A DNA stretch of 64,000 nt from Candidatus Beckwithbacteria bacterium GW2011_GWC1_49_16. Its GTDB lineage: Bacteria; Patescibacteriota; Microgenomatia; UBA1400; CG1-02-47-37. The notes beneath the pieces were generated by a model. The model made no database searches, had not been told where the DNA came from, and worked only from the letters and a program-made list of their open reading frames with translations. The stretch's first letter is position 1; every line of letters starts with the position of its first letter. Shown one piece after another: positions 44,748 through 53,601 of this stretch. A program made the position numbers and the translations under genes. The stretch is from the NCBI GenBank assembly GCA_001029675.1, contig CP011210.1, positions 517,663-581,662 of the forward strand, given 5' to 3'.

Positions 44748-45322
44748 ATTACTTCCTGTTGTTTTTTCTTTTCTAGCAATTCTAGCAAAAAAGGGAATTT
44801 TTGGTAGTTCGGGCCGTCGGTAGAAATAGAAAAGTGTTTGGCCCCGGGGACAACTTTCATTTCTCCTTCAAGATCAGCGGCCAAAGCTTTGGTTTCAGCT
44901 AACGGACAATAAGGATCTTCATCTCCGTGGATAAAGATTAGTTTTTTGGCCTTGTTTTTGATTTTGGCATAGTCTAAAGGCGGGTCAAAAAGGTCGACTA
45001 ATGACTCCCAGCCCAAATCGTGGGTAAAGGCGCTAACCAGATAGCAGTTGCCCACTTTTGTTCCAACCGGCAAAGCTTGAAGCAGTCCCAAGGCAGCCAC
45101 TGCCCCTGAAGAATGGCCGATGATGGTGGTATCCTCATTAAACTTAAAGTCTTTGTTTGCCAATAAAAACTGGTTGTAGCGGGCAATGTTGGGTTTGTCG
45201 GCTCCGGGGAGTTGGGGGAGCCAAATCTGGTAACCTTTTGCTTCTAGTTTTTCTTTGAGCCAGGGAAACCAGTTGTCGTTGGTGGTGGCGTTGGTGCCGT
45301 GGAGGATGAGAGCGGATTTCAT
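44744..45322 (-). CDS. YdeN/RBBP9-like serine hydrolase, paralog 2
   Basis: 192 aa. 'ALILHGTNATTNDNWFPWL', 'TIIGHSSGA', 'IHGDEDPYCP', 'GAKHF'. Clearly paralogous to the preceding gene. Confidence 0.7.
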   Translation of the reverse strand: MKSALILHGTNATTNDNWFPWLKEKLEAKGYQIWLPQLPGADKPNIARYNQFLLANKDFKFNEDTTIIGHSSGAVAALGLLQALPVGTKVGNCYLVSAFTHDLGWESLVDLFDPPLDYAKIKNKAKKLIFIHGDEDPYCPLAETKALAADLEGEMKVVPGAKHFSISTDGPNYQKFPFLLELLEKKKQQEVI

Positions 45323-45606
45323 TAGACAAACTTTATCTCTAGCTTTTTACCTAGAGCAGAAGCGAGTTTTTGGAGCAGGCCGACCGAGGGGTTAACCGCC
45401 ATGCTTTCCACCCGGGAAATGACCGCCTGGGTGGTATCGGCTTTTTTAGCCAATTGCCTTTGTGACAGCTTCTTTTCCAGGCGAGCCTTGATTAAAGCCC
45501 TGGTGGCTTGATATTGAGGCTCACTCTCTTCCCAGAGCCTTCTAAACTCAGGGTCTTTGAGCTGTTTCTTTAAAAGCTCGTCTAAAGTAATGTTTTTTAC
45601 CTTCAT
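45322..45606 (-). CDS. XRE-family HTH antitoxin (HigA-like)
   Basis: 94 aa. HTH 'LSQRQLAKKADTTQAVISRVE'. Immediately downstream of a Gp49-like toxin gene. Confidence 0.7.
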   Translation of the reverse strand: MKVKNITLDELLKKQLKDPEFRRLWEESEPQYQATRALIKARLEKKLSQRQLAKKADTTQAVISRVESMAVNPSVGLLQKLASALGKKLEIKFV

Positions 45607-45635
45607 AAATCAACGTTATGATATCTTTTTAGATA

Positions 45636-45971
45636 TCATTTGTCAAGCAGCTGATAATATCTTTTCAAAGCCAAATTAATATCTTTTATCGGTGTTTTGC
45701 GTTTCTTTTTATAAAAAATGTTGAATATCATGATGGTAGATTTGTTTATCTGGGCACAAAGCAATCTAATGTTGTCTTTTCCTAAAATGCGTAACTCCCA
45801 AAAAACAGCGCCGGTTAACTTTTTAAGGCTGGGGTTGGCACGAGTCAAACCAAATTCTTGAAGGTAATAAAGCTGCCTAATTATCTTTGATCTTTGGCCC
45901 TTAGGGCACTTTTCGATAAAATCGTCAATTGGAGATTTTCGCTCTGCCGAAGTAAAAACTTCAACCCTCAT
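45636..45971 (-). CDS. Gp49/HigB-like (RelE/ParE superfamily) type II toxin
   Basis: 111 aa. 'VEVFTSAERKSPIDDFIEK...LQEFG...LKKLTGAVFWELRI.G.NIRLL' pattern of the phage-Gp49-like/HigB family. The toxin-first order is typical of HigBA. Confidence 0.6.
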   Translation of the reverse strand: MRVEVFTSAERKSPIDDFIEKCPKGQRSKIIRQLYYLQEFGLTRANPSLKKLTGAVFWELRILGKDNIRLLCAQINKSTIMIFNIFYKKKRKTPIKDINLALKRYYQLLDK

Positions 45972-46765
45972 TTCACCACTATAAAAGTGCCCAGGGCAGT
46001 GGCGGGGGCGGAGATGGTTCCCTCCCCGATGGTGGCGTCAAGCTCGACCCAGGAAGAACCGTTCCAGAACATGATCCGAGCGCCGGTAAGATCCTCTTTG
46101 GATTTTATGGCCAGCTCGGCGGCAGACAACTTTTGAGCGGTGGGGGCCAGGAAAGCATAGGGGCCGGCGACGACTTCGCCCTCGACCTCGGCCGGCAAGC
46201 CCATGGTGCCGGCGACGATGACGTAAGTAGTCAGGGGCAAACCGGAACGGCCGACGTTAAGAGTCGCTTTGGCGTCTTTACTGGTGAACTCGCCTTCGCG
46301 GTCGCCGGCAAGCTGAAGGTTAAAGTCGGACTTTAAAACGTAGGCCTCGCCTGCCCCTTCAAAGCGCATGGTTAAGGAACCGCCGGAAACGCCTTCGTCG
46401 TAGCGGCATTTACCTTTAGAACAAGAACCAAAAAGCAAGTCTTTGGCGACCGGCTGGGATTCCTTAGTCAAGTCAATGGTGCCAAAAACACCCTGGATTA
46501 ACGACTCGGCCTGGTATTCGAGTTCGTACTCAATCGTGGTGGCGTTTTTGACTTTATCGACGGTCAAGGTCACTTCCCGGCCGTCGGCTCTTGGGGTTAA
46601 GGTGACGAAGGGGCGGTCTTTGACGGGGAGCTTGTTAATCTCTTCAATTTTTCTTTGGGGGATTTGGTCTTGACCAGTGTCTTTGGGCTTTCGGGTAAAA
46701 AAGAAAATGCCGAAGGCTGCTAAGACTAAAATCAAGGGGATGATGATTTTTAGCTTCTGGTTCAT
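45968..46765 (-). CDS. hypothetical N-terminally membrane-anchored extracytoplasmic protein (265 aa)
   Basis: TM 'IIIPLILVLAAFGIFFF' followed by a soluble domain. ATGA-coupled to glyQS upstream and to the toxin gene downstream. Confidence 0.5.
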   Translation of the reverse strand: MNQKLKIIIPLILVLAAFGIFFFTRKPKDTGQDQIPQRKIEEINKLPVKDRPFVTLTPRADGREVTLTVDKVKNATTIEYELEYQAESLIQGVFGTIDLTKESQPVAKDLLFGSCSKGKCRYDEGVSGGSLTMRFEGAGEAYVLKSDFNLQLAGDREGEFTSKDAKATLNVGRSGLPLTTYVIVAGTMGLPAEVEGEVVAGPYAFLAPTAQKLSAAELAIKSKEDLTGARIMFWNGSSWVELDATIGEGTISAPATALGTFIVVK

Positions 46766-48045
46766 AGCTTACTTTGAAAGTATTCTAGCAAGTCGGCGGC
46801 TTTGATTCTAGTTTGTTTGGTGGTGTCGCGGTCTCTGACGGTAACAGTATCGTCTTTGAGGCTGTCAAAGTCAACGGTGACGCACCAAGGGGTGCCGGCC
46901 TCGTCCTGGCGGTAGTAACGCTTGCCGATGTTGCCATTATCGTCCCAGGAGGCGGATAACTCATCTTTGAGGTTGTTGAAGATCTTTTTGGCTTTTTTGA
47001 CTAGGTCGGCCTTGTTGGCGAGTAAGGGAAAGACGGCTACCTTGTAGGGAGCAAGCTTGGGGGTAAGTTTTAAAACGACCCTGTCTTTGTCTTTTTTAAT
47101 GTTGTCGGTGAGGATGACCAAAAGGCTCCGGCTCAAACCAAATGTGGGTTCGATGACGTGGGGGATGAACTTTTTGCCGGTGTCGGGGTCGGTGTAGTGA
47201 AGGTCCACACCCGAGCGCTCCATGTGGTTTTTTAAGTCAAAGTCGGTCCGATATGCCACCGCAAACCATTCTTTGAAACCAAAGGGAAACTGGTATTCCA
47301 GATCCTCGGTCCTTTTGGAGTAATGGGAAAGCTCGTCTTTGGTGTGCGGCCGCCAGCGGAGGTTTTTTTTGTTGACCCCCAGCAAGACGGCAAATTTTTC
47401 CACCTCACTCTTCCAAAAGTCAAACTGGTTTTGCCAGTCTTTTTCTCCGATAAAATACTCAAACTCAGCCAGGTCAAACTCCAGCGTCCGAAAGACCTGT
47501 TGGCCTGAAGTGACTTCGTTTCTGAAAACCTTACCCATCTGGGCCAGGCCAAAAGGGAGTTTAGGGGAAAAGGTGTCAAGGACGTTTTTGAAGTTGGTGA
47601 AGCTTCCCTGGGCGGTCTCGCCGCGCAGGTAAGCTAGCGATTGAGACTCGGGGACGATGCCGATGTGGGTTTCAAAAAGTAAGTTGAATTTTTTGGGTTC
47701 GGTCCAGTCAGAAGCGCCGCAATTGGGGCATTTATCATCGGTTAACTGGTCCACTCTGGCTCGCTGGTGGCAGTTTTTACATTCCTTGACCGTATCGGTG
47801 AAACTGCCGACGTGGCCGGAAGCTTGCCAAACTTTGGGGCTCATGATTACCGACGTTTCCAGGCCGTAAATCTCGGCTCGCTTGGTGACAAACTCGTCCC
47901 ACCACAAGACCCGCAAGTTTTTTAAAAGCTCGGCGCCCAAGGGGCCGTAGTCGTAAGTGTTAGCTAGTCCCCCGTAGATCTCGCTGCCGGGGAAGATAAA
48001 GCCGCGGCGTTTGGCCAAAGCGACCACTTCTTTTAACTTATCCAT
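46762..48045 (-). CDS. glyQS: glycyl-tRNA synthetase (class II, dimeric GlyQS type)
   Basis: 'RRGFIFPGSEIYGGLANTYDYGPLGAELLKNL', class II motifs, C-terminal anticodon-binding domain. 427 aa. Confidence 0.88.
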   Translation of the reverse strand: MDKLKEVVALAKRRGFIFPGSEIYGGLANTYDYGPLGAELLKNLRVLWWDEFVTKRAEIYGLETSVIMSPKVWQASGHVGSFTDTVKECKNCHQRARVDQLTDDKCPNCGASDWTEPKKFNLLFETHIGIVPESQSLAYLRGETAQGSFTNFKNVLDTFSPKLPFGLAQMGKVFRNEVTSGQQVFRTLEFDLAEFEYFIGEKDWQNQFDFWKSEVEKFAVLLGVNKKNLRWRPHTKDELSHYSKRTEDLEYQFPFGFKEWFAVAYRTDFDLKNHMERSGVDLHYTDPDTGKKFIPHVIEPTFGLSRSLLVILTDNIKKDKDRVVLKLTPKLAPYKVAVFPLLANKADLVKKAKKIFNNLKDELSASWDDNGNIGKRYYRQDEAGTPWCVTVDFDSLKDDTVTVRDRDTTKQTRIKAADLLEYFQSKL

Positions 48046-48085
48046 GAGTTAAATTGTAACCGAGGGGGTATGGTATATTCAAGCT

Positions 48086-49051
48086 ATGAAAGCAGTGGTC
48101 TTAGAAAAATTCGGCCGGCTAAACTATCGTCACTTACCTACTCCCAAACCAAAAGGCGGCGAGGTTTTAGTTAAAGTTAAAGCCTGCGCTCTAAATCGGT
48201 TGGATCTATGGCTTAGAAAAGGCGCCAAGGGAGCCAGCAAAAACATTCTTCTACCCCATATTCTTGGTTCAGACGTAGCTGGAGTGGAGGTCAAAACCGG
48301 CAAAGAAGTGGTGATCAATCCGGCTCTGCCGCAAGGCGTAGGGAAGCCAGTGGGAATTTTTGGCTACAACACTTGGGGCGGTTATGCCGAGTACGTGGTC
48401 GCCCCGCTTGGGCAAGTTTATTCCAAACCAAAGAATTTAAGTTTTGTTGAAGCGGCCGCTTTTCCCCTGACCTTTCTGACTGCCTGGAGGATGCTGACGA
48501 CTAAAGCTAAGTTACAAAAAGGCGAAACGGTCTTTATCTGGGGTGCCTCGGGTGGCCTGGGTTTGGCGGCGATAAAAATTGCCAAATACCTAGATGCCAA
48601 GGTGATTGCGGCGGCTAAAACGCGGGCTGTGGCGGCGAAACTGAAACAACTCGGGGCTGATAAAACCATAGTTTATCCTCAAGGTCGCGTGGTGGAAAAA
48701 GTTAAGGCGCTTACCAATGGAGCCGGGGTTGAGGTGGTTTTTGAAAGCGTCGGTAAGAAAACCTGGCAGGACAGCCTAAACTTACTTGGCTTTAACGGCC
48801 GGGTGGTGATTGCGGGCACGACCAGCGGTGATGTCGGCAGCCAGGACTTGAGCCAAGTTTACTACCGGCAGTTGACCATTTTCGGTTCGAGAATGGGAGA
48901 TAAAAAGGAATTTGAAGAAGTTTTAAGGTTAGTTAACCAGGGCAAACTTAAACCGGTGATTGATAAAGTTTTTCTTTTAAAAGACGCTATCAAGGCCCAA
49001 GCAAGAATGGCGCAAGGCAAACACCTGGGGAAAATCGTGCTGAAGGTTTAG
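48086..49051 (+). CDS. MDR-superfamily NAD(P)H-dependent oxidoreductase (quinone-oxidoreductase/zinc-free ADH-like)
   Basis: 'MKAVVLEKFG..GEVLVKVKACALNRLD', Rossmann 'IWGASGGLGLAAIKIAK'. An extended -10 'TGgTATATT' lies just upstream. Confidence 0.75.
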   Translation: MKAVVLEKFGRLNYRHLPTPKPKGGEVLVKVKACALNRLDLWLRKGAKGASKNILLPHILGSDVAGVEVKTGKEVVINPALPQGVGKPVGIFGYNTWGGYAEYVVAPLGQVYSKPKNLSFVEAAAFPLTFLTAWRMLTTKAKLQKGETVFIWGASGGLGLAAIKIAKYLDAKVIAAAKTRAVAAKLKQLGADKTIVYPQGRVVEKVKALTNGAGVEVVFESVGKKTWQDSLNLLGFNGRVVIAGTTSGDVGSQDLSQVYYRQLTIFGSRMGDKKEFEEVLRLVNQGKLKPVIDKVFLLKDAIKAQARMAQGKHLGKIVLKV

Positions 49052-49052
49052 C

Positions 49053-49823
49053 TTAGGCGTGAAAGCGGCTATAAGGTTTTTGCCCTTTTTTGATTACAAA
49101 CACTTCCCCGCTGATGTTATTGGCTTTAGCTGAGCAGAGAAAGGTGGCGTACTGGGCAATCTTTTCCGGAGCAATAGCGTCTTGGATGTATTGAGGAAAA
49201 TATTTTTTATATTGTTCTGTCGCGGTGTCAGAAGGAGAGATACAGTTGATTTGAATGCCTTTGTCTTTTAACTCCTCGGCTAAGCCTAGTGTTAAATCTT
49301 CTATCGCTCGCTTGGAAACATAGTAAGGCAACCACCCTTTGGCGCCCGATTCAAAAGTGCCGGAGATATTGATGATTTTTGAGTTTTTGGGCATGATGGG
49401 GATTAGTCCGTGAGCCAGAAGGGCGGGGGCGATGGTACCGACGCTAAAGGTGTCTAGAATAACCTTTTGGGAGAAAGTCTCGAAGTTTTTGCCGGCATAG
49501 ACTTGGGTTTTCCCGTGCCAGATGCCGGCAACGTTAACAAGAATGTTTAATTCTTGGGTTTTTCTTTTAAGAGTGCTTATGAGAGAATTTATTGAGGAGA
49601 TTTTACCTAAGTCGGCGGCTACTAATTCTGCTTGGCCGCCTTGAGACTCAATCATGTTTTTAGTTTTTTCAAGCTCTTGGCGGCGGCGAGCGGTAATAAA
49701 AACTTTGACACCTTCTTTTGCCAACTCTATAGCTATGGCCCGGCCGATGCCGATGCTGGCGCCGGTGACCAGGGCAGTTTTAACTTGAAGACTCATTAGA
49801 GAAATTATAGCAGAGCCAGCCAA
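49053..49823 (-). CDS. short-chain dehydrogenase/reductase (SDR)
   Basis: 'TALVTGASIGIGRAIAIELAKEG', 'NVAG', catalytic 'YYVSKRA'. Confidence 0.85.
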   Translation of the reverse strand: MAGSAIISLMSLQVKTALVTGASIGIGRAIAIELAKEGVKVFITARRRQELEKTKNMIESQGGQAELVAADLGKISSINSLISTLKRKTQELNILVNVAGIWHGKTQVYAGKNFETFSQKVILDTFSVGTIAPALLAHGLIPIMPKNSKIINISGTFESGAKGWLPYYVSKRAIEDLTLGLAEELKDKGIQINCISPSDTATEQYKKYFPQYIQDAIAPEKIAQYATFLCSAKANNISGEVFVIKKGQKPYSRFHA

Positions 49824-49852
49824 AACTGTTTTAGTTTCTTGAGAAGATTAAG

Positions 49853-50551
49853 TTGACAACTGTTAATCTTGAAAGTATACTTCGAACCATGACGGTGGCA
49901 GAGACCGGAGCACAACTCTTCATGCCCCCTATGTGGCCGCACGATTGCGACCACTTTCACAATGATATCTATTACGGCCCCAACTTAGCTTTCGAGGCAA
50001 CCCAAGAGTTAATGGATCATATTCCGGAGGAGACATGGGCTATTCCGGAGGCGTATAGTAGCAGATATAGCGATAACGAACTTATTTGGCCGAGCGAGTA
50101 CAATACCAAAAAACATGATTTTGAATCGGTTCCTAGAAGCGACCAACACTGGCGAAAGCATGTCGATGAACTAATAACCCCTTGGGTCAAATATTTGAAC
50201 AAGGTTGAGAGATTCCTTGATTTTGCAGATGATCTAGACAGACAAATCAAGGCTGGGAAAGGACTTGAGTTTACGGTTGGAGATGCTCTGCTCCATCGCG
50301 ACTACGAGGAGTTAAGAAGCGTAACTGAAAAAACAGTTCCCAAACAATCAACTAGGAAACATTTGGAATCAACTAGGAGTGCATTTGTTTCTTTACTTAG
50401 TCTCGGGGCGAGGCAAGAGCTTGGTTTTAAAAGACTGCCAAAAGTGAAACCGGACGATGAAGGAAACGCCAGGCGTTTGGTAGCTGCTTTTAATCGAAAA
50501 CGAGGCGGTTTGGAAAGAGGATCTGTTTACGCCGGTCCTTATGAGGGTTGA
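49853..50551 (+). CDS. hypothetical protein (232 aa), AT-richer
   Basis: ORF only. No motif recognised. Uses AGA/AGG codons frequently, unlike its neighbours. Confidence 0.45.
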   Translation: MTTVNLESILRTMTVAETGAQLFMPPMWPHDCDHFHNDIYYGPNLAFEATQELMDHIPEETWAIPEAYSSRYSDNELIWPSEYNTKKHDFESVPRSDQHWRKHVDELITPWVKYLNKVERFLDFADDLDRQIKAGKGLEFTVGDALLHRDYEELRSVTEKTVPKQSTRKHLESTRSAFVSLLSLGARQELGFKRLPKVKPDDEGNARRLVAAFNRKRGGLERGSVYAGPYEG

Positions 50552-50587
50552 GTTAATCTTCAGGTAAGACTAAGACCATCTTGTAGG

Positions 50588-51118
50588 TTATTTGATCTTT
50601 TTAGAATTTAGATGTTTGTCGGTGATGGAGGCAATGTGGGCTTCAAGGCTAGCGCGGCTGGGCGCGGGGGGTAAGCCAAAGCCAAGGTAAGTTAATAGTT
50701 TGGCTTCAAACTGCTCAATCAGGTTTTTGGGGGCAGAGGCAGAATTTAGTTTAGCTAAAGACTCGAGCAGTAACCGGTAGACTTCAGGGTGCTCTTGGCC
50801 CTCGGCGGTTAATTGGTCGGTTAATTCGCAAAGTAAGTAAGCCACCCGCACCCGGTTTAAGTTTTGACGCAGGTTCTTGAAGTTATTTAAGGTTTCCACT
50901 TCGGTAATCAGGTCTAAAGATTTACCCTTGGCGGCTAAGAATTTCACCTGGGTAAAAAGCTCTAAATGGCCCTTTTTTCTAGAGGTGAGGCGACGGACGC
51001 CTTTGGCCAGAAGCTTTAACTTGCCCTGGCGCTGGCTAAAAATAGTCACCAGCCGGTCGGCCTCGGAAAAGTTGTCGCGCTTTAAGACAATACCTTGGCC
51101 CGAGTAAGTCCGGGGCAT
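50588..51118 (-). CDS. recO: DNA repair protein RecO (short form)
   Basis: 'GIVLKRDNFSEADRLVTIFSQRQGKLKLLAKGVRR' N-terminal OB-fold signature, then a helical domain. Confidence 0.7.
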   Translation of the reverse strand: MPRTYSGQGIVLKRDNFSEADRLVTIFSQRQGKLKLLAKGVRRLTSRKKGHLELFTQVKFLAAKGKSLDLITEVETLNNFKNLRQNLNRVRVAYLLCELTDQLTAEGQEHPEVYRLLLESLAKLNSASAPKNLIEQFEAKLLTYLGFGLPPAPSRASLEAHIASITDKHLNSKKIK

Positions 51119-52981
51119 TTAGAAGCTGACTTGTCTGTCGCCGTCGAGATCAAACTCTTGGATTTGGTTTTCGAAGCTGACGGTATATTTGTGGTTTTTG
51201 CTGCCGGGCTGTTTTTGGATCAGCTGCGAATAACCTTCAGGGTTGACGCTTTCCGGCAGGCGGTACTTGAAAATGATTTTGGTTTTTGACTCGGGTCGGA
51301 GTTCGATAAAGCCCTCGAGCACGGTTTTGTTAAGGTCGAGGCTGGTAGCGGCCTCGATGTCAGAACCCAAAACCTCGACCAGCTCACTGCCTTCGGGAAC
51401 ATAAATTCTGATCCAGTCGCGCAGTAACCCATTAAGGCAAAGGCCGCCTGTTTCCAGGTTGCAGTCATCCGGCGGCTCGGGATTAGTGTAGGTGACGGTG
51501 ACGGTTTTTTCTATCTGGCCGCCTGATACAATAGAGATTTCCTGGTCGATACTTTGCTCGACATAAAGGTTAGATTTGGCACCGGCAAAGTTGGTGTCGA
51601 CCAACATAAAATAGTCCGAATCGGAGGCCTCGATCCTACCGGCAGCGGCAAAAACTTCGGCCACCGATTGCATCGTCTCGTCTTCAAAGTAGAACATTAA
51701 GTGTTTTTCTTTAATGTTATTTAAACCAATCTCGACAAACTGGGGCCATAACTTTTTGGGCGAGTTCATCACGTGGAGTAAAATGGCGTGCATCAAGGGG
51801 CCGATCATGCCTTTGCGGTTTTCCTTGATGTAGTAGGTGGGGCGGGTGGCGTAGTCTTCCATTTTGTAGACCACCTGGGGACAGTTGCATTCGGGGACGA
51901 TTTCGGCGTGGTAATCGCCCCAGTCGGCCACGCCGACTTGGCCGACGACTTTTAAGATATCGACGACGATCTGGGTGTCGATGGCGATGATGCCGTCGAC
52001 GTCGCGGTAAGAGGCTACAGCCTGGTAGTTAGGGAAAAATGTTTCCATGGAGACTTTAAAGTCGGGCGACAGGTTCATGTCCCGAAGATGCCAGTTATAA
52101 ACCAGGGGCAGGTATTTTAAAATCGGCTCGGGAGCGGGCAGGCGGTTGCCGAAGCGGGCGTCTAAAGCGTAGATATCTTCCGATAACACCGGAGTGACTT
52201 TGCCTTTGTGGGTTTCGAGGATGGCGTAGGCGGTCAAAAACCCACCCGAGGCTCTAAGCTCGGCGTCGTTTTGAAACACTAAAAGATAGGTTTTCGGGTC
52301 TGGTTCACCCAAAAGTTGGGGCAGCAGGCTCAAAAGCGGTTTGATGTTTGCTAGCGTCTCCTTGGTGCTTTTGAGGCTGTCTTGGATGGTGATCAATTGG
52401 CCGCGAACGGGCCGACCGCGAAAAGATTGAGGATAGCGGCGGGGGTTTATTTGGCTGATCTCAAACTCAATTTGGGCCACTTTGGCGCTGACGTTGTCAA
52501 GCTCGGGGGCGATCTTGTCCAAAGTATCGAGGATAAAGATAATTTTTTCTTCGGCGGACTGGATGTTTAAATCGGCATCCTTGGCCTCAAAACCCAAAAC
52601 GTCGGCGTAGGGCTTGATGGCAGCCAAAACTATCTGGCCGGCGTCAAGGCTGAAAGAAGTGGCGTTAAGGCCGTGTTGGCCGTCGGAGACGTAACCACCG
52701 TAAACCGGGATAAACTTGGCCCAAGAAATGAGGCGGTATTTAGCTTGGGTGGCCGAAAGCGATTCTCGAGCCTGACTCAAACTCGTTTCGGCGGCGGTTA
52801 AGTCTTTGTTTTGAATGGCAGTAAAACTAGCCCGCAGAGAGTCGAGGGTTTTTTGGGCGGGGGCCTTGACTTGCCAAGCGACGAAAAGACTGTAGACAGT
52901 CAAGACGGCCAAAAAGGCAAAAACTGCCAGGTAGATCTTCTTGGCCCTGGATGAGAGGATGATGGACTTTATTTTTACCAT
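51119..52981 (-). CDS. N-terminally anchored extracytoplasmic protein, possibly DUF4012-like, associated with glycan locus
   Basis: 620 aa. Single N-terminal TM 'IYLAVFAFLAVLTVYSLFVA'. Directly downstream of the phosphoglycosyl transferase. The DUF4012 family assignment is from memory and tentative. Confidence 0.4.
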   Translation of the reverse strand: MVKIKSIILSSRAKKIYLAVFAFLAVLTVYSLFVAWQVKAPAQKTLDSLRASFTAIQNKDLTAAETSLSQARESLSATQAKYRLISWAKFIPVYGGYVSDGQHGLNATSFSLDAGQIVLAAIKPYADVLGFEAKDADLNIQSAEEKIIFILDTLDKIAPELDNVSAKVAQIEFEISQINPRRYPQSFRGRPVRGQLITIQDSLKSTKETLANIKPLLSLLPQLLGEPDPKTYLLVFQNDAELRASGGFLTAYAILETHKGKVTPVLSEDIYALDARFGNRLPAPEPILKYLPLVYNWHLRDMNLSPDFKVSMETFFPNYQAVASYRDVDGIIAIDTQIVVDILKVVGQVGVADWGDYHAEIVPECNCPQVVYKMEDYATRPTYYIKENRKGMIGPLMHAILLHVMNSPKKLWPQFVEIGLNNIKEKHLMFYFEDETMQSVAEVFAAAGRIEASDSDYFMLVDTNFAGAKSNLYVEQSIDQEISIVSGGQIEKTVTVTYTNPEPPDDCNLETGGLCLNGLLRDWIRIYVPEGSELVEVLGSDIEAATSLDLNKTVLEGFIELRPESKTKIIFKYRLPESVNPEGYSQLIQKQPGSKNHKYTVSFENQIQEFDLDGDRQVSF

Positions 52982-53601
52982 TTGGATACCATGGCTATGG
53001 GAGTTTTAAGAATTATGATCAAATCCCACCACAGGTTATGATGATTAGCATAATTAAGATCCATTTGGGCCCGCTTGTCAAACGAAATAATGTTTCTGCC
53101 CGAAGTCTGCCAGGGGCCGGTGATGCCGGGCTTGACCGAGAGAATCTTTTTTATCCACGGCCGGGTTTGGGGGTATTTTTTGGTCTGGTCGGTCAACTCT
53201 TTTTTGAGGTAGGCCCGGGGGCCGACCAAGCTCATCTCGCCTCTGAAAACATTTATCAACTGGGGGAATTCGTCGAGAGTCAGGTTTCGAAGCAATCTTC
53301 CCAGCTTAGTGATCCTCGGATCGTCTACCAGCTTCCAGTCGTGCTTTTTAAACTGGCGTAAAAGTTTTTTGTCTTTCCGGTGGAGGACGTAGTCGGCGTT
53401 TTTGACCATAGTGCGGAATTTATAAAGGCGAAATTGACGGCCGTCTTGACCAACCCGGCGGTGGGAATAGATGATGGGAAAGCCGGAATCAAACCAGATT
53501 AATAAAGGCACAATCAGCCAGACTGGGAAAAAGATAACGATCAAAACTGCAGTCAGAAAAATGTCCAAAAGGCGCTTTACCGGGGAATACATGGCGTTCA
53601 A
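52975..53601 (-). CDS. undecaprenyl-phosphate sugar phosphotransferase (small PglC/WbaP-C-terminal-type PGT)
   Basis: 'KRLLDIFLTAVLIV', 'GFPIIYSHRRVGQDGRQFRLYKFRTM', 'LDEFPQLINVFRGEMSLVGPRA' are the canonical Bac_transf motifs. Confidence 0.88.
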   Translation of the reverse strand: MNAMYSPVKRLLDIFLTAVLIVIFFPVWLIVPLLIWFDSGFPIIYSHRRVGQDGRQFRLYKFRTMVKNADYVLHRKDKKLLRQFKKHDWKLVDDPRITKLGRLLRNLTLDEFPQLINVFRGEMSLVGPRAYLKKELTDQTKKYPQTRPWIKKILSVKPGITGPWQTSGRNIISFDKRAQMDLNYANHHNLWWDLIIILKTPIAMVSKW

